A stretch of DNA of 64,000 nt from Limnochordaceae bacterium (GCA_014896305.1 JADBKQ010000001.1:20066-84065); one strand, 5' to 3'. Shown: positions 36,488 to 48,504, numbered from the stretch's first letter. Program-made: numbers and translations. Notes: generated by a model from the letters alone, not told the origin.

Positions 36488-39241
36488 CTATCGCGCAGAA
36501 GGCCGTGCACTCGCCGGCACGGCGGGTACCCCGCTTGGGCTGGGCGGCACGGGCCCCGGCGGGATTTCCTGGGGTTGCGGCAACGGCCGCTCCCCGTTCA
36601 CCGGTAGACAGGGCGCCGGCTCCGGGCTGACGACGCTATCGGCAGCAGCGGCCACTTCTGGGGCAGGCCGGGCTGCCAAAGCGGGACTACAACTGCTCGT
36701 GGCCGGCAGCAGCGCCGCTTCCAGCACTTCATCCATCGTCTCTACCAGACGAATCTGAAGGCGCTTGCTCACTGACTCCGGCATCTGGACCAGCTCCGGT
36801 TCGTTCTCGGCCGGAATCAAGACCTGCCGGAGCCCGGCCCGGACCGCAGCCAACAGTTTCTCCTTCAGTCCCCCGATGGGCAGGATTCGTCCCTGCAGGG
36901 TGATCTCGCCTGTCATGGCCAGGTCGTGCCGCACCGCCCGCCCGGTCAACGCCGAAGCCAAAGCAGTAGCAATCGTGATCCCTGCCGACGGGCCGTCCTT
37001 GGGGATGGCCCCTTCGGGCACGTGAATGTGAATGTCCTGATGGTCCGGAAAGTCCGCCGTAATGCCCAGCGTTTTACTGCGGGTCCGTATGAAGCTAAAC
37101 GCCGTCTGGGCGGACTCCCGCATGACCTCTCCCAGCTTTCCGGTGAGGATCAGCCGCCCCGAGCCGCGGCTCACTGCCACCTCGATTTCCAGTAAGTCGC
37201 CCCCCGTTTCTGTATAGGCCAGGCCGGTGGCCACGCCTATTCGGTCCTGGGACAGGGCCTCACCCCAGCGCACACGCGCTGGCCCCAGGTAGCGCGGCAG
37301 GGAACGGCGGCCGATGTTTACCCGGGCCGGCTTCTGGCTGGCCTCTCTTTCTACCCAATCCAGAGCGATTCGCCGGCACAGACGGGCCAACACCCGCTCC
37401 AGCTGGCGAACGCCTGCCTCCCTGGTGTAATGCTGGATAATGTCCATCAAGGCCCCATCCGATAGGTGAACCAGCTCGCCGTTGAGCCCGCTTTCGCGCA
37501 GTTGCCTGGGCCACAGATAGCGGCGGCCGATCTGGAATTTCTCTTCCTCGGTGTAACCCGAAATTTCGATAAGCTCCATCCGGTCGAGTAATGGGCGGGG
37601 AATACCCCCCAGGTAATTGGCCGTGGTGATGAACAGTACCTGGGACAAGTCAAAGGGTAACTCTAAATAGTGGTCAGAAAAAGCCTTGTTTTGCTCGGGG
37701 TCAAGCACTTCCAGCAAAGCAGCGGCCGGGTCCCCCCGGAAGTCCGCCCCCATTTTGTCGATTTCATCCAGCAAAAGGACAGGGTTCTTGGTCCCTGCCT
37801 GTCGCATGGCATGTAGAATCCGGCCGGGAAGCGCACCCACGTAGGTCCGCCGATGGCCGCGGATCTCCGCCTCGTCGCGGATGCCCCCCAGCGAGATCCG
37901 GACAAACCGGCGATCGAGCGCCTCCGCAATGGAACGGGCCAGCGACGTCTTCCCGACCCCTGGCGGCCCCACCAGGCAGAGCAACGAACCCCGGGTCGTT
38001 GCCGTGAGACGCCGGACAGCCAAAAACTCCAGAATCCGGCGCTTCGGTTCCTCCAGACCATAGTGGTCTCTTTCCAGGATTTTGCGCGCCAGATCCAGAT
38101 CGAGCCGATCCTTGCTCTGCTTTTGCCAGGGCAGGGCTGCTATCCACTCCAAATAACTGCGAATAACCGTGGCCTCGGGTACGAGTGGGGGCATCTTGGC
38201 CAGCCGGTCCAATTCTTGAGTCGCTCTTTCCTTCGCTTCCGGCGACAGGCCCACCTCTTCCAGCTTTTTACGTAAAGCGGCGACCTCGCCCGCGTTGCCG
38301 TCCCCTTCGCCCAGCTCACGCTGAATGGCACGCATCTGCTCCCGCAGGAAGTACTCCCGCTGAGAGCTTTCCATCTGCTGGCGGACCCGTTCTTTCACCC
38401 GCTGCTCCACGCCGGCCAGCTCCGTCTCCCGGACCAGCGCCTCGTACACCTTGCGCAACCGGGCTTCGGGGTCATCCGTTTCGAGCAGCTGCTGGCGGAC
38501 TTCCACTGCCAGCGGCAAACGGCCGGCCAGCAAGTTGGCCAATCGACCCGGCGAACTGTCCAGCTCCGGCGAACGGAAATCCTCCAAACCCGGCAGTACC
38601 CGGCCTGCCTGCAGATAGAGGCCGATCTGCCGGCGGACGAGAGCGCTCAAATCAGCTACCGGTAACCGGACTTCCGCTCCTGCCTCCTGGCCTGCCGGAG
38701 CGTCGGCAGCCTGCCGCCTTGCCGGGCGTGTGCCGGCCGCAGCCGCCGGCGGCTTGCTCTCTAACCGGAAGTACACTGTTGCCCGGGGGTATGGTGTCTG
38801 CCAGACCCGGCGCAAGTCAACCCGCTCGAGACCTTCCAGAATCACTCGAAAGGCTGCATTACCCTCCGGTGAACCGCCACCCTCGCCGGTCACTTCCTCT
38901 TCCTCCGCCTCTGCCGCCTCTTCGGCCGTCACCAGGCGGGCTTCCCCCGACGCCGCCTGCTGGCGGATCAACTGAGCCAACCCGGAAGATGGGTGCAGGC
39001 GGGCCAGCGTGCCCACATCAAACAGGTCCTCGCGGCTGGGTTCAACGACCGAGCTGTCTCGTTGGGCGACAACCACCAGAAGACCGTCTCGCAGTAACGC
39101 CTGGCGAATGGCCTCCATCGAACGCGGTCGGCCCACCTCTATGGCCACCGCTTGACCGGGAAACAACACGATGCCCCGCAACGGAAGCAGAGGCAGTGCA
39201 CGGTTCATCACGCTCTTGGGCGAAAAGGTAGGCCTTGCCAT
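36488..39241 (-). CDS. lon: ATP-dependent Lon protease (LonA)
   Basis: LPLLPLRG N-domain, [39 protein letters not shown]. Confidence 0.96.
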   Translation of the reverse strand: MARPTFSPKSVMNRALPLLPLRGIVLFPGQAVAIEVGRPRSMEAIRQALLRDGLLVVVAQRDSSVVEPSREDLFDVGTLARLHPSSGLAQLIRQQAASGEARLVTAEEAAEAEEEEVTGEGGGSPEGNAAFRVILEGLERVDLRRVWQTPYPRATVYFRLESKPPAAAAGTRPARRQAADAPAGQEAGAEVRLPVADLSALVRRQIGLYLQAGRVLPGLEDFRSPELDSSPGRLANLLAGRLPLAVEVRQQLLETDDPEARLRKVYEALVRETELAGVEQRVKERVRQQMESSQREYFLREQMRAIQRELGEGDGNAGEVAALRKKLEEVGLSPEAKERATQELDRLAKMPPLVPEATVIRSYLEWIAALPWQKQSKDRLDLDLARKILERDHYGLEEPKRRILEFLAVRRLTATTRGSLLCLVGPPGVGKTSLARSIAEALDRRFVRISLGGIRDEAEIRGHRRTYVGALPGRILHAMRQAGTKNPVLLLDEIDKMGADFRGDPAAALLEVLDPEQNKAFSDHYLELPFDLSQVLFITTANYLGGIPRPLLDRMELIEISGYTEEEKFQIGRRYLWPRQLRESGLNGELVHLSDGALMDIIQHYTREAGVRQLERVLARLCRRIALDWVEREASQKPARVNIGRRSLPRYLGPARVRWGEALSQDRIGVATGLAYTETGGDLLEIEVAVSRGSGRLILTGKLGEVMRESAQTAFSFIRTRSKTLGITADFPDHQDIHIHVPEGAIPKDGPSAGITIATALASALTGRAVRHDLAMTGEITLQGRILPIGGLKEKLLAAVRAGLRQVLIPAENEPELVQMPESVSKRLQIRLVETMDEVLEAALLPATSSCSPALAARPAPEVAAAADSVVSPEPAPCLPVNGERPLPQPQEIPPGPVPPSPSGVPAVPASARPSAR

Positions 39242-39411
39242 CCAGCGGTGCTCCCATCTACGAATCCGTACATACCACGGTTATTCGTAGCCGGAGCGCC
39301 TCTTCCTGTCGGAAACGTCTGGTGGGGCAACAAGATCCGGGGACGAGCAGGCCGGACCGGTCTGGGCGGTCGGCGCACCAGCTCAGCTACCGTCGAGGGA
39401 GAGCCAAAGGG

Positions 39412-41088
39412 TCAGCTACCCTCGGCCACCCGCCAGTCCTGTTGCCCCAGCGTCGCCGGGAGAGCGTGGGCAGGCTCGTCTACCCAGGCAAGGTCCAATA
39501 TTTCCCGGAGGGAACGTACGGGTTGCACTTTGATGCCCTCCAACCGGGCGAACTGATCCTGCCAGTTGTCTTCAGGAATGAGAACCAGTTTAGCTCCAGC
39601 CAGGCGGGCCGCTTCCACCTTGGGGACAATGCCTCCGACCGGCTTGACCTCCCCCAGCAACGAGACTTCGCCGGTCATAGCCATGTCTGCACGCACCGGA
39701 CGTCGCAGCAGGGCGCTGGCTACCGCGGTAGCCAGCGTTACCCCTGCAGAAGGGCCATCCACCGGCACACCGCCCGGGAAGTTTACGTCGATATCGTAGT
39801 CAGCTGGACGCAAGCCCAGGTGCGCCCGGAGAACCGCCATGACGTTATCGACCGATCCTTTGGCCATGGATTTCCGGCGCATCGTCTTCCCGATGCTGCC
39901 CAGTTCCTCTTCATCGATCACGCCCGTCACGCGCAACTGTCCCTGGCCTTTCTCCGCAGGAACAGCCAGAGCCTCCACTTCTACCAGCATTCCCTGCCCG
40001 GCGCCGGCCACTGCCAAACCGTAGGTAACGCCGATGCGGGGTTTACCGGACATCTTCTGCTGTGGGCGGGGCGAATACTGCCCACTAGCCACCACCCACT
40101 CCACGTCTTCCCGCCGGATCTCGTGCCGGCCCTCCACTGCCGCCAGGCCGGCAGCCAGCTGCACGATATTAACGGCATCCCGCCCATTCGTCGCGTACTG
40201 GCGGATCACCTCGACCGCGCCGGCGGCCAATGTCAGATGGACACGCAGGGCGGCATTGACCGCAATGGTAGCCACCTCGTCGGGCGTCAGCGCCCGGAAG
40301 AATACCTCGACGCAGCGGGAACGGATGGCCGCTGGGATCTCCTCGGGCAAACGCGTGGTCGCTCCCACCAGCCGGAAATCCGCCGGCAACCCCTTTTGGA
40401 AAATGTCGTGGATGTGGGCAGGAATATGCGGGTCTTCGCTGCTGTAATAAGCGCTTTCCAACATCACCTTTCGATCTTCCAGAACTTTGAGCAACTTGTT
40501 GAGCTGGATGGGGTGGAGCTCGCCAATCTCATCGATGAACAGGACGCCGCCGTGGGCCTTGGTGACTGCCCCCGGCTTGGGCTGTGGAATTCCGGCGATT
40601 CCCAGCGCCCCTGCCCCCTGGTAGATCGGGTCGTGGACCGATCCGATCAAAGGATCCGCGATTCCCCGGTCGTCGAACCGGGCGGTCGCCCCATCCATCT
40701 CCACGAAGGCTGCCGACTGCCGAAACGGAGAACGAGGGTTGCGCTTGGCTTCCTCCAGGATGATGCGGGCAGCCGCTGTCTTCCCCACTCCAGGCGGGCC
40801 GTAGATGATCACATGTTGGGGATTAGGGCCGCATAGGGCTGCCCGCAACGCTCGCAAGCCCTCCTCCTGGCCTATGATCTCAGACAACTCACGGGGGCGG
40901 GTTCGCTCCGACAACGGTTCCGTGAGCGAGATCGCCCGCAACCGTTTGAGCTTTTCCAGCTCTTTCTGGGCTTCCCGGTCTAGGGCGGAGCGATTGACCT
41001 GCTGGCTGCGGATCAGGCTGGCAAAGTAGCTTCCAATCACCACCATGAACGCGATATTGAGCAAGGTGAGCAAAACCATGAGGTTCAT
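39412..41088 (-). CDS. lonB: Sporulation Lon-like protease LonB
   Basis: N-terminal TM; [48 protein letters not shown]; between clpX and lon. Confidence 0.93.
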   Translation of the reverse strand: MNLMVLLTLLNIAFMVVIGSYFASLIRSQQVNRSALDREAQKELEKLKRLRAISLTEPLSERTRPRELSEIIGQEEGLRALRAALCGPNPQHVIIYGPPGVGKTAAARIILEEAKRNPRSPFRQSAAFVEMDGATARFDDRGIADPLIGSVHDPIYQGAGALGIAGIPQPKPGAVTKAHGGVLFIDEIGELHPIQLNKLLKVLEDRKVMLESAYYSSEDPHIPAHIHDIFQKGLPADFRLVGATTRLPEEIPAAIRSRCVEVFFRALTPDEVATIAVNAALRVHLTLAAGAVEVIRQYATNGRDAVNIVQLAAGLAAVEGRHEIRREDVEWVVASGQYSPRPQQKMSGKPRIGVTYGLAVAGAGQGMLVEVEALAVPAEKGQGQLRVTGVIDEEELGSIGKTMRRKSMAKGSVDNVMAVLRAHLGLRPADYDIDVNFPGGVPVDGPSAGVTLATAVASALLRRPVRADMAMTGEVSLLGEVKPVGGIVPKVEAARLAGAKLVLIPEDNWQDQFARLEGIKVQPVRSLREILDLAWVDEPAHALPATLGQQDWRVAEGS

Positions 41089-41115
41089 GCCGGCGCCCCC
41101 CTACTTTATCGGGGG

Positions 41116-41145
41116 TATTATGCCCGGCGGCCAGCCGACAAAAAC
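41116..41145 (-). promoter_or_regulatory. sigmaF/sigmaG-type forespore promoter of lonB
   Basis: GTTTT-15 nt-GGGCATAATA; lonB is sigmaF-dependent in B. subtilis. Confidence 0.65.
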
Positions 41146-41232
41146 GCCTGAGCAGATCGCCCGTCCACCTACCTGCTCAGGCTCCCACCTTTTCCCGTAT
41201 TCTCCCCTATCTTCCGCAGCGCCCCGAACGGT

Positions 41233-42522
41233 CTACGCGGAAGCTGGTTCTTCTTTCTTCTTGCCACCTTTACGGGTTTCCCTGGGTTCCTCCACCCGGA
41301 TGAGCCGCGGTGGTTCCTTGCCTTCCACGCATTCCGGCGTAATGACACACCGCTTGACTTCCTTGTTTGTCGGCAAGTCAAACATGGTGTCCAACATGAT
41401 CTCTTCCATGATCGCCCGCAAGCCACGGGCTCCCGTCTTACGTGCCAGCGCCTTCTGGGCAATCGCCCGCACCGCCGCTTCCGTCACTTCCAGCTCAACG
41501 TCCTCCAGGGAGAAGAGCTTCTGGTACTGCTTGACCAGAGCATTCTTCGGCTCGGTCAGAATACGCACCAGGGCTTCCTCGTCCAGCGCATCCAGGCTGA
41601 CCACGATCGGAACCCGGCCGATGAACTCCGGAATCATCCCGAACTTGAGCAAGTCCTGAGGCATCACCTGGGCGAGCAACTCACCAACCTTGCGTTCAAC
41701 CCGCCTCTTGATGTCCGCACCGAACCCGATGGCCTTCTCGCTCACCCGGTTCTCGATGATCTTGTCGAGGCCCTCGAACGCGCCACCGCAGATAAACAGG
41801 ATGTTGGTCGTATCGATCTGGATGAACTCCTGGTGCGGATGCTTGCGCCCTCCTTGGGGGGGAACGCTGGCCACTGTACCTTCCAGGATCTTGAGAAGCG
41901 CCTGCTGTACACCCTCGCCGGACACATCGCGGGTGATCGAGGGGTTCTCACTCTTGCGCGCGATCTTATCGATCTCGTCGATGTAAACGATACCCCTCTC
42001 GGCCTTTTCAACGTCGTAATCCGCATTCTGGATCAGCCGCAGAAGGATATTCTCTACATCCTCGCCGACGTAACCAGCCTCTGTCAGCGATGTGGCATCA
42101 GCAATGGCAAACGGAACATTGAGAATCTTCGCCAGGGTCTGTGCCAAGTATGTTTTCCCCGAGCCTGTCGGCCCAAGCAGGAGGATATTACTCTTTTGGA
42201 TCTCTACGTCGTCAATCTGCCCACCAGAATTGATCCGCTTGTAGTGGTTGTATACGGCGACAGAGAGGACCTTCTTCGCCTTTTCCTGGCCAATGACATA
42301 CTGGTCCAGGATGGCCTTGATCTCCCGGGGAGTAGGCAGATTCCGTAGCTCTACCTCGTTCTCTTCGCCCAGCTCCTCGGCGATGATCTCGTTGCACAGC
42401 TCGATACATTCGTCGCAGATGAACACTCCAGGACCGGCAATGAGCTTCTTCACCTGCTCTTGGGGCTTGCCGCAGAAGGAGCACTTCAACTGGGACGTCT
42501 TCTCGTCACCGAACTTGAACAC
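41233..42522 (-). CDS. clpX: ATP-dependent Clp protease ATP-binding subunit
   Basis: CSFCGK Zn domain, [23 protein letters not shown] loop. Confidence 0.98.
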   Translation of the reverse strand: MFKFGDEKTSQLKCSFCGKPQEQVKKLIAGPGVFICDECIELCNEIIAEELGEENEVELRNLPTPREIKAILDQYVIGQEKAKKVLSVAVYNHYKRINSGGQIDDVEIQKSNILLLGPTGSGKTYLAQTLAKILNVPFAIADATSLTEAGYVGEDVENILLRLIQNADYDVEKAERGIVYIDEIDKIARKSENPSITRDVSGEGVQQALLKILEGTVASVPPQGGRKHPHQEFIQIDTTNILFICGGAFEGLDKIIENRVSEKAIGFGADIKRRVERKVGELLAQVMPQDLLKFGMIPEFIGRVPIVVSLDALDEEALVRILTEPKNALVKQYQKLFSLEDVELEVTEAAVRAIAQKALARKTGARGLRAIMEEIMLDTMFDLPTNKEVKRCVITPECVEGKEPPRLIRVEEPRETRKGGKKKEEPASA

Positions 42523-42533
42523 GCTGTTCCCTC

Positions 42534-43136
42534 CTACTTGCTGGCCCGGGCTTGCGTCTGCACCATCACGTCATCGATGATGCCGTACTCCTTCGCCTCC
42601 TGCGCCGTCATGTAGAAGTTACGATCGGTATCCTTCTCGATCCGTTCCATCGGTTGACCCGTATGCTTTACCAGGATCTCATCGAGAGTACGCCGTACCC
42701 GCAGCACCTCGCGGGCCTCGATCTCGATCTCGGTCGCCTGTCCCTGTGCTCCTCCGGAAGGCTGATGGATCATGATACGGCTATATGGAAGCGCATACCG
42801 CTTCCCCTTGGTTCCTGCCGCCAACAACAAAGCAGCCATACTGGCGGCCATACCCACGCAAATCGTGGAAACATCGGGCTTAATGTACTGCATCGTGTCA
42901 TAAATCGCCAGCCCTGCGTACACGACCCCGCCCGGGCTGTTGATGTAAATATTGATATCCTTGTCAGGATCTTCCGACTCCAAAAACAGCAACTGCGCAA
43001 TGACCAGGTTGGCCACATGGTCATCGATCGGCCCGCCAATGAAGACGATTCGGTCTTTCAACAGGCGGGAGTAGATATCGTACGCCCGTTCCCCACGCTG
43101 CGACTGCTCGACTACCATCGGCACCAACAAGCCCAT
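42534..43136 (-). CDS. clpP: Clp protease proteolytic subunit
   Basis: [28 protein letters not shown]. Confidence 0.97.
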   Translation of the reverse strand: MGLLVPMVVEQSQRGERAYDIYSRLLKDRIVFIGGPIDDHVANLVIAQLLFLESEDPDKDINIYINSPGGVVYAGLAIYDTMQYIKPDVSTICVGMAASMAALLLAAGTKGKRYALPYSRIMIHQPSGGAQGQATEIEIEAREVLRVRRTLDEILVKHTGQPMERIEKDTDRNFYMTAQEAKEYGIIDDVMVQTQARASK

Positions 43137-43173
43137 CTGCATCCCCACCTTCCCTGGCACTAGAATATGAAGG

Positions 43174-44673
43174 TCAATCCTTCTTTGCCGTTTCCCGGTC
43201 CTGCTCTGCCTGCGGAGGAGCCGCTGGCCCATCACCCGACTCAGCCGCCGCGGGCGGTTCCGCCGCCGGGGCAGATTCCTTCGCCGGCTCCGTTGCAGAT
43301 GCCGCTTCCGCCGGTGCGGCTGCGGGTTGTTCTCCGGCAGGCGAGGCGGGCGGCTCGATTTCCACCGTCTGCACCTGGGCGTGATCCATCAAGAAGCGTA
43401 ACCCCTTTTGAATCCGGAGCGAGCGGCGGATGGTCTCCTGACCTCCCTCGCTCTTCCAATACGTCAGGGCCTTCTCTTCCGTACTACCCGTACGCCGCGC
43501 CGTCTCCGCAGCCTCCTCATGGGTGGCCTTCTCGACTTCATCGGGGGACGGCTCGAGACCCTCCTCTTTGGCCACCGCCTCCAGACACAGTTGCGCTTTT
43601 ACAAACTCCAAAGCGTCGGGGCGCAGCTGCTGGTGCAGCTGCTCCATCGTCTGCTTGGTCGTGGTCAGGTAATCCTCAAGGCGGATGCCCTGATAAGCCA
43701 ACCGGAGTTGCAGGTTGCGGATCCGGCTATCCACCTCCTGCTCCACCATGGCCTCCGGCACGTCCACCTGGCTACGCTCCACCAGCTGTTTGACCGCTGC
43801 CTCCTCGGCAGCCTGATCGGCCCGGCGCGCCGCCTGGTCGAGCAGTGATTCCCTTATGTGTTGGCGTAACTGCTCTAGCGTCTCGTAGTCACCGACGGAA
43901 CGGGCAAACTCATCGTTCAACTCAGGCAGCTTCAACGTTTTGATCTCCTTCACGGTAACCGTGAAGGTGGCGTCTTTGTCGGCCAGCTCAGCGTTGGAGT
44001 AGTCAGCCGGAAAGCGGACCGGGATCTCCCGCGTCTCTCCAGCCTTCATCCCTACCAGTGCATCCTCGAGCTGTGGCAGAAACTCGCCTGCCCCGACTTG
44101 CAGGCTGTAGTCCCGGGCTGCCCCGCCATGGAAGGGACGGCCTCCCACCAACCCCTGGTAGTCAATGAGGACGGTATCGCCCCTTTTCACGGGCCGATCC
44201 GTAACCGGCACCAGTTCGGCCTGGCGCTGCTGGTAAACCCGCAGTCCCGCCTCTACATCTGCATCGGTTACCTTGGTGAGCGGGCGTTGCACCTGCAGTC
44301 CGTGATATTCGCCCAACGTCACCTCCGGACGCACGCTGACATCCGCCTCAAAGACCACCGGCGCGCCCACCTCCACCTTGTCCAGGTGAACGTCGGGCTC
44401 GGCCACCGGTTCGAGGTTCTCCTGGCGGAGCGCCTCTCGATACGCATCGTTGATCAGGTCGTCCAGGGCTTCCCGCAACAGGTAGTCTTTCCCCAAGCGC
44501 ATCTCCACGATACTGCGTGGCGCTTTGCCGGGGCGAAAGCCTGGAATCCGCAGGCGGGGACGCAGGCGCTGGAACGTGCGCTCCATAGCATTTTCCACTT
44601 CGTCCGCTGGCACTTCGACTCGCAACTTCACACGACTGTGCTCAAGCTTCTCGACTGCTACCGACGTCTTCAT
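43174..44673 (-). CDS. tig: Trigger factor
   Basis: [14 protein letters not shown]-type domain, ELNDEFA; AAGGAGG RBS. Confidence 0.96.
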   Translation of the reverse strand: MKTSVAVEKLEHSRVKLRVEVPADEVENAMERTFQRLRPRLRIPGFRPGKAPRSIVEMRLGKDYLLREALDDLINDAYREALRQENLEPVAEPDVHLDKVEVGAPVVFEADVSVRPEVTLGEYHGLQVQRPLTKVTDADVEAGLRVYQQRQAELVPVTDRPVKRGDTVLIDYQGLVGGRPFHGGAARDYSLQVGAGEFLPQLEDALVGMKAGETREIPVRFPADYSNAELADKDATFTVTVKEIKTLKLPELNDEFARSVGDYETLEQLRQHIRESLLDQAARRADQAAEEAAVKQLVERSQVDVPEAMVEQEVDSRIRNLQLRLAYQGIRLEDYLTTTKQTMEQLHQQLRPDALEFVKAQLCLEAVAKEEGLEPSPDEVEKATHEEAAETARRTGSTEEKALTYWKSEGGQETIRRSLRIQKGLRFLMDHAQVQTVEIEPPASPAGEQPAAAPAEAASATEPAKESAPAAEPPAAAESGDGPAAPPQAEQDRETAKKD

Positions 44674-44838
44674 CTCAGGGCCAATGTCCTCCTTGCGCCG
44701 GCGTGCCGACAATGCCGACGGACTTTTACTCCTTATCGAGCCTTTGCCCAAACCGAGCATCTCTAGCCGGGATGAATCCAACAGCAAAAACGTAAAGAAT
44801 GGGCAGTGTCCCCCAGGGAACAGCTGCCCGTAAACCTC

Positions 44839-44923
44839 TGGTGCGAGAGGGGGGACTCGAACCCCCACGCCGTTAGGCCGACGATCCTAAGTCGCCGATG
44901 TCTGCCAATTCCATCACTCTCGC
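44839..44923 (-). tRNA. tRNA-Leu(TAG)
   Basis: GCGAGAG..anticodon loop CTTAGGA, long variable arm, GTTCGAGTC, CCA. Confidence 0.95.
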
Positions 44924-44961
44924 CCACAAATGCCGCCGGGGTAGTACTACCGGATAAGCAC

Positions 44962-45037
44962 TGGTGAGCCGGGAGGGAATCGAACCCTCGACCCGCGGAT
45001 TAAAAGTCCGCTGCTCTACCTACTGAGCTACCGGCTC
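44962..45037 (-). tRNA. tRNA-Lys(TTT)
   Basis: GAGCCGG..CTTTTAA loop..GTTCGATTC..ACCA. Confidence 0.96.
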
Positions 45038-45075
45038 AAACCCCCGCCCAGGCTGCCGCGGGGCCTGCATCCGGT

Positions 45076-45105
45076 ACTATAGCACACGCGCGCGAACCCT
45101 GTCAA
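45076..45105 (-). promoter_or_regulatory. sigmaA promoter for tRNA-Lys/Leu (and possibly tig)
   Basis: TTGACA-18 bp-TATAGT with TG extension. Confidence 0.75.
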
Positions 45106-46598
45106 AAGGCGGCGGCCAGCTCCCGTTGGCGGACTTTGGCCACGGCCGAGGCGTACAAGGCCATGTACTCGCTGGCCGAATGATTCCAAGAGAAATCGGC
45201 CCGCAGGTCCGCCTCGACCACCCCCCGCCAGCGATCTGGACTGGCATAGACCCCCAGAGCGCGCCGGACGGTGTTCACCAGGCTGGACGCGTCCAGGCGG
45301 TCGAAGGAAAAACCTGTGCCGATGCCCTGTTGCTCATCATAATCCATCACGGTGTCCGCCAATCCTCCTGTCGCATGTACAAGGGGGACCGTGCCGTACC
45401 GCATGGCAATCAGCTGGCTGATGCCGCTGGGTTCGAAACGACTGGGCATCAGGAAAATGTCTGCTCCTGCGTAGATCCGCTGCGCTAACACGGAGTTGAA
45501 CCCGATCGTGACCCCAACCCGCTCGGGGTAACGACGCCGCAGCTGCCGCCACCCGTCTTCGAAGCGTGCCTCGCCTTGCCCCAACACAGCCAACTGCACG
45601 TCGCTCTGGAGAATGTCGTCGGCAGCCGCCAGTAGAAGGTCTATGCCCTTTTGTTCCACCAGGCGGCTGACTACGGCGAGAACGGGTACCTCGGCTATGG
45701 GCAGGCCCAGTTCTTTTTGCAAGGCGTGTTTGTTTTCCCGCTTGCCCACAACCCAATTGGCTTGAGAGTAATTGCGGTAAATGCGGGGGTCGGTGGCAGG
45801 GTTGAACTCGTGGTAATTGATCCCGTTCTGGATTCCAAATAGTTCGTCTGCCCGCTGGGCAAAGACCCCTTCGAGACCAAAGCCGCGGTCGCGCTGTACC
45901 TCCTGCGCGTACGTTCGGCTAACCGTGTTCAGCAGGTCCGCATAGAGAAGGCCTGCCTTCAAATAGCTCACTTTCCCATAAAACTCGAGCTGATCCGGAC
46001 TGTAATAGCTGGCGTCCAGCCCAAGATCGTCCAGCGCCTCCCGTCCGAAGTTTCCTTGGTACTGAGCGTTGTGCACGGTCAGCAGGGTGGCCATCAAGCT
46101 GTAAAACGGATCGCGACCGTAATGAGCCTTGAGTAATACCGGAATGGGTGCGGTATGCCAGTCGTGGACGTGAATGACATCAGGTTTCCAGCTGAGTACC
46201 CGGAGCCACTCGAGCACGGCGCGGCAAAAGAACGCCCAACGCTGAGCATCATCCCCGTACCCATGCAAACGCTCACGATCAAAATAGTGATAATTGTCGA
46301 TCAGGTAAGTAGGAACCAATCGCTCGACCCCGTCCAGCTGGGCCCGGATGTACGCCTGGCGAACGATCGCCGTCTCCCTCCGGTTGCCCACCTGGACAGG
46401 AAAATCGCCCAACGTGGTCAAGTCTTCGATTCCCCGGTAACGAGGGATAATGACCCGCACGTCATTGCCGTATACCGCCAGCGCTTTCGGCAATGAGCCG
46501 ACCACATCGGCCAAGCCACCCGTCTTGGCAAACGGGACGGCTTCGGCAGCCACCATCAGGATCTTGTAAGTCTCGTCGTACTGCTGCTCCAGGCCCAT
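45102..46598 (-). CDS. glgA: Glycogen synthase (ADP-glucose)
   Basis: AEAVPFAKTGGLADV, HVHDWH, TVHN..YQG, RLVEQKG, MPSRFEP.G. Confidence 0.95.
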   Translation of the reverse strand: MGLEQQYDETYKILMVAAEAVPFAKTGGLADVVGSLPKALAVYGNDVRVIIPRYRGIEDLTTLGDFPVQVGNRRETAIVRQAYIRAQLDGVERLVPTYLIDNYHYFDRERLHGYGDDAQRWAFFCRAVLEWLRVLSWKPDVIHVHDWHTAPIPVLLKAHYGRDPFYSLMATLLTVHNAQYQGNFGREALDDLGLDASYYSPDQLEFYGKVSYLKAGLLYADLLNTVSRTYAQEVQRDRGFGLEGVFAQRADELFGIQNGINYHEFNPATDPRIYRNYSQANWVVGKRENKHALQKELGLPIAEVPVLAVVSRLVEQKGIDLLLAAADDILQSDVQLAVLGQGEARFEDGWRQLRRRYPERVGVTIGFNSVLAQRIYAGADIFLMPSRFEPSGISQLIAMRYGTVPLVHATGGLADTVMDYDEQQGIGTGFSFDRLDASSLVNTVRRALGVYASPDRWRGVVEADLRADFSWNHSASEYMALYASAVAKVRQRELAAAF

Positions 46599-46687
46599 GA
46601 ACCATCGCTCCTCCCCCTCGACCTTGCGGTCACACGCTAGTGTGGGGTGAAAGCATGGGCCTTTATCCGCCTGTTGCCGTATAACCC

Positions 46688-48154
46688 CTACAAAGTACCA
46701 GCAGCGGCCGGAGCAGTCTGCGCCTGCTGTTCACAGGCGTACGAAGAGGACGAGATCGTATCTCCCATACCCACCGTGCTCACGGGGTTCGGAATGATGT
46801 GGGCCGGCACCGCCAGCAGAACATGGTCTTCGCGGGCCAGTATGCCCTCGGCCAAAAACTGATCCAGCGCTTGACCGGTAAGCCCCAGGTCCTTCCCGAT
46901 CAGTTCCAGATTCTTGAAGCCTGTGTCGGACAGCGCCCACCCGGCTGCCTCCGGCAACTGATCGCGATGCACGTAGCCGCCATAGCGGGCTTTCAACGCA
47001 TTCACGCAGGAGGCAAACAAGCAGGCCTCCCGCACCGCCTCAGGCTCGATGGGATACGGTCGCCGCAGGATCAACACATAGTAACCCAGGTTGTGGATTT
47101 GGATCCGCTGGAGATGCAACGCCCGCAACAACTCCAGACCGCCCAAGTACAATGTGTACGCCGATTCCGCCTGCTCGATCGCATGGGCTTGGTCGGCAAA
47201 GCCAAACTCTCGCAAGACCTGGCGGATCTCATTCTCGTTGATCCCGAAACTGGACATCTCCGCCAGGATGGCTGTCAATACCCGCTTCTCCCGTTCCTCG
47301 TCCGCCATGGGTACGTACTCCAGATGCAACCGGAGTTGCGGGTTGGACGACTTCAAAGCCCGGAGATCGTGCACACTATCGGCCAAATAGGCATCAAGCG
47401 AGCGACCGTCTGGCATGGGATCCGTTGCATAGTGATAGCCCGCCAAGAAGGCTACATCCAATTGCTGGCCCAACTGCGGCAAGAAGGGGCGCAGTACCGG
47501 CGGGAAGCCCATTATGGCCTCCTTCGGCCGGGTAGCCAGAATCACTCGATTGGCTCTCGGAGTAACGATGGTTTCATCCCCAAAGTGAATGGTTAGCCCC
47601 TTGGCATACTCCAAGATCCAGTTAATCTTGGTCGGGGTCTGCGGGTCCGCCGCCTCCCGGGCAGGGCACCAGCACAATCCGGCCCCTCCCCGCACGGAAG
47701 GGCTTATCACTTGAGGGTGGAACAGGCGCGCCTGTTGAGGGGAGAGAACAGGCGTATAGACCGCAGAGGTCGCACCCAACTCGGCCATCTGGTTCGCAAT
47801 GATGCCTGCCTGGCCGCCCATGCACTCTTCTTCCTCAGAAAAATGCCGGTCCAGCCAGCGGAGCAGATCTGGATTACTCACCGTAATGTGAAAGGATTTG
47901 CCCGTCCGCAACCGGTCCCTGAGCACCACGAACAGGTCCTCGGGCGAAACGATCTTTTCCACATCTGCGATGGATCGCTCCGGCAGCTGCCTGGGATCGA
48001 TCCCAGCAGCCTGCAAGAGGCGAGCGACTGTGGCATCATTCACATGAACAACGATATCTACGTTGGTGTTGAAGGCAGCAAACGTCCTTGCAGTAATGGC
48101 TCGCGACGTTACCTGGTCCAGGCGTCGTCGCCACAGTTCGCGCAATTCTTCCAT
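46688..48154 (-). CDS. pfkC: ADP-dependent phosphofructokinase/glucokinase (PfkC family)
   Basis: AFNTNVD, MGGQAGIIAN, KINWILEY, PRANRVI, HLEY, S.GINE.E, IHNLGYY, PVSTVGMGDTIS. Confidence 0.85.
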   Translation of the reverse strand: MEELRELWRRRLDQVTSRAITARTFAAFNTNVDIVVHVNDATVARLLQAAGIDPRQLPERSIADVEKIVSPEDLFVVLRDRLRTGKSFHITVSNPDLLRWLDRHFSEEEECMGGQAGIIANQMAELGATSAVYTPVLSPQQARLFHPQVISPSVRGGAGLCWCPAREAADPQTPTKINWILEYAKGLTIHFGDETIVTPRANRVILATRPKEAIMGFPPVLRPFLPQLGQQLDVAFLAGYHYATDPMPDGRSLDAYLADSVHDLRALKSSNPQLRLHLEYVPMADEEREKRVLTAILAEMSSFGINENEIRQVLREFGFADQAHAIEQAESAYTLYLGGLELLRALHLQRIQIHNLGYYVLILRRPYPIEPEAVREACLFASCVNALKARYGGYVHRDQLPEAAGWALSDTGFKNLELIGKDLGLTGQALDQFLAEGILAREDHVLLAVPAHIIPNPVSTVGMGDTISSSSYACEQQAQTAPAAAGTL

Positions 48155-48180
48155 GGTTGTCCCCCCAACCGTGCCCATTC

Positions 48181-48209
48181 AAAAACCGCCGGGCCCTGGC
48201 GTCCGGCGG
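48181..48209 (-). terminator. Intrinsic terminator of tRNA operon
   Basis: CCGCCGG stem followed by TTTTT on the minus strand after tRNA-His. Confidence 0.7.
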
Positions 48210-48220
48210 AAGAAACAAAC

Positions 48221-48298
48221 TGGGGTGAGCGGTGGGAGTCGAACCCACGACCTCCAGGGCCACAACCTGGCACTCTAACCAACTGAGCTACGCCCACC
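48221..48298 (-). tRNA. tRNA-His(GTG)
   Basis: G-1 GTGGGCG..TTGTGGC loop..GTTCGACTC..CCCA. Confidence 0.96.
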
Positions 48299-48314
48299 AC
48301 AAGCTTCTTCAGAC

Positions 48315-48393
48315 TGGTGCGCCTGGAGGGACTCGAACCCCCGCAAGACAGGGCTTAGAAGGCCCCCGCTCTGTCCACCTGAGCTACAGGCGC
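48315..48393 (-). tRNA. tRNA-Arg(TCT)
   Basis: GCGCCTG..CTTCTAA loop..GTTCGAGTC..ACCA. Confidence 0.93.
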
Positions 48394-48407
48394 TTGCACC
48401 CGAAGCA

Positions 48408-48481
48408 TGGAGCGGGTGAGGGGAATCGAACCCCCGTACTCGGCTTGGAAGGCCGATGCTCTACCATTGAGCTACACCCGC
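48408..48481 (-). tRNA. tRNA-Gly(TCC)
   Basis: GCGGGTG..CTTCCAA loop..GTTCGATTC..TCCA. Confidence 0.96.
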
Positions 48482-48504
48482 TCGGTCTCCGATTGTCAAA
48501 CCAC

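Noticed and set aside
39235-40836. 533-aa plus-strand ORF
   Set aside because: Antisense shadow of lonB with no motifs.
46638-46668. Sporulation-sigma promoter upstream of glgA (GGATA-19-CACACTA)
   Set aside because: Spacing and both boxes deviate from consensus; too weak to call.
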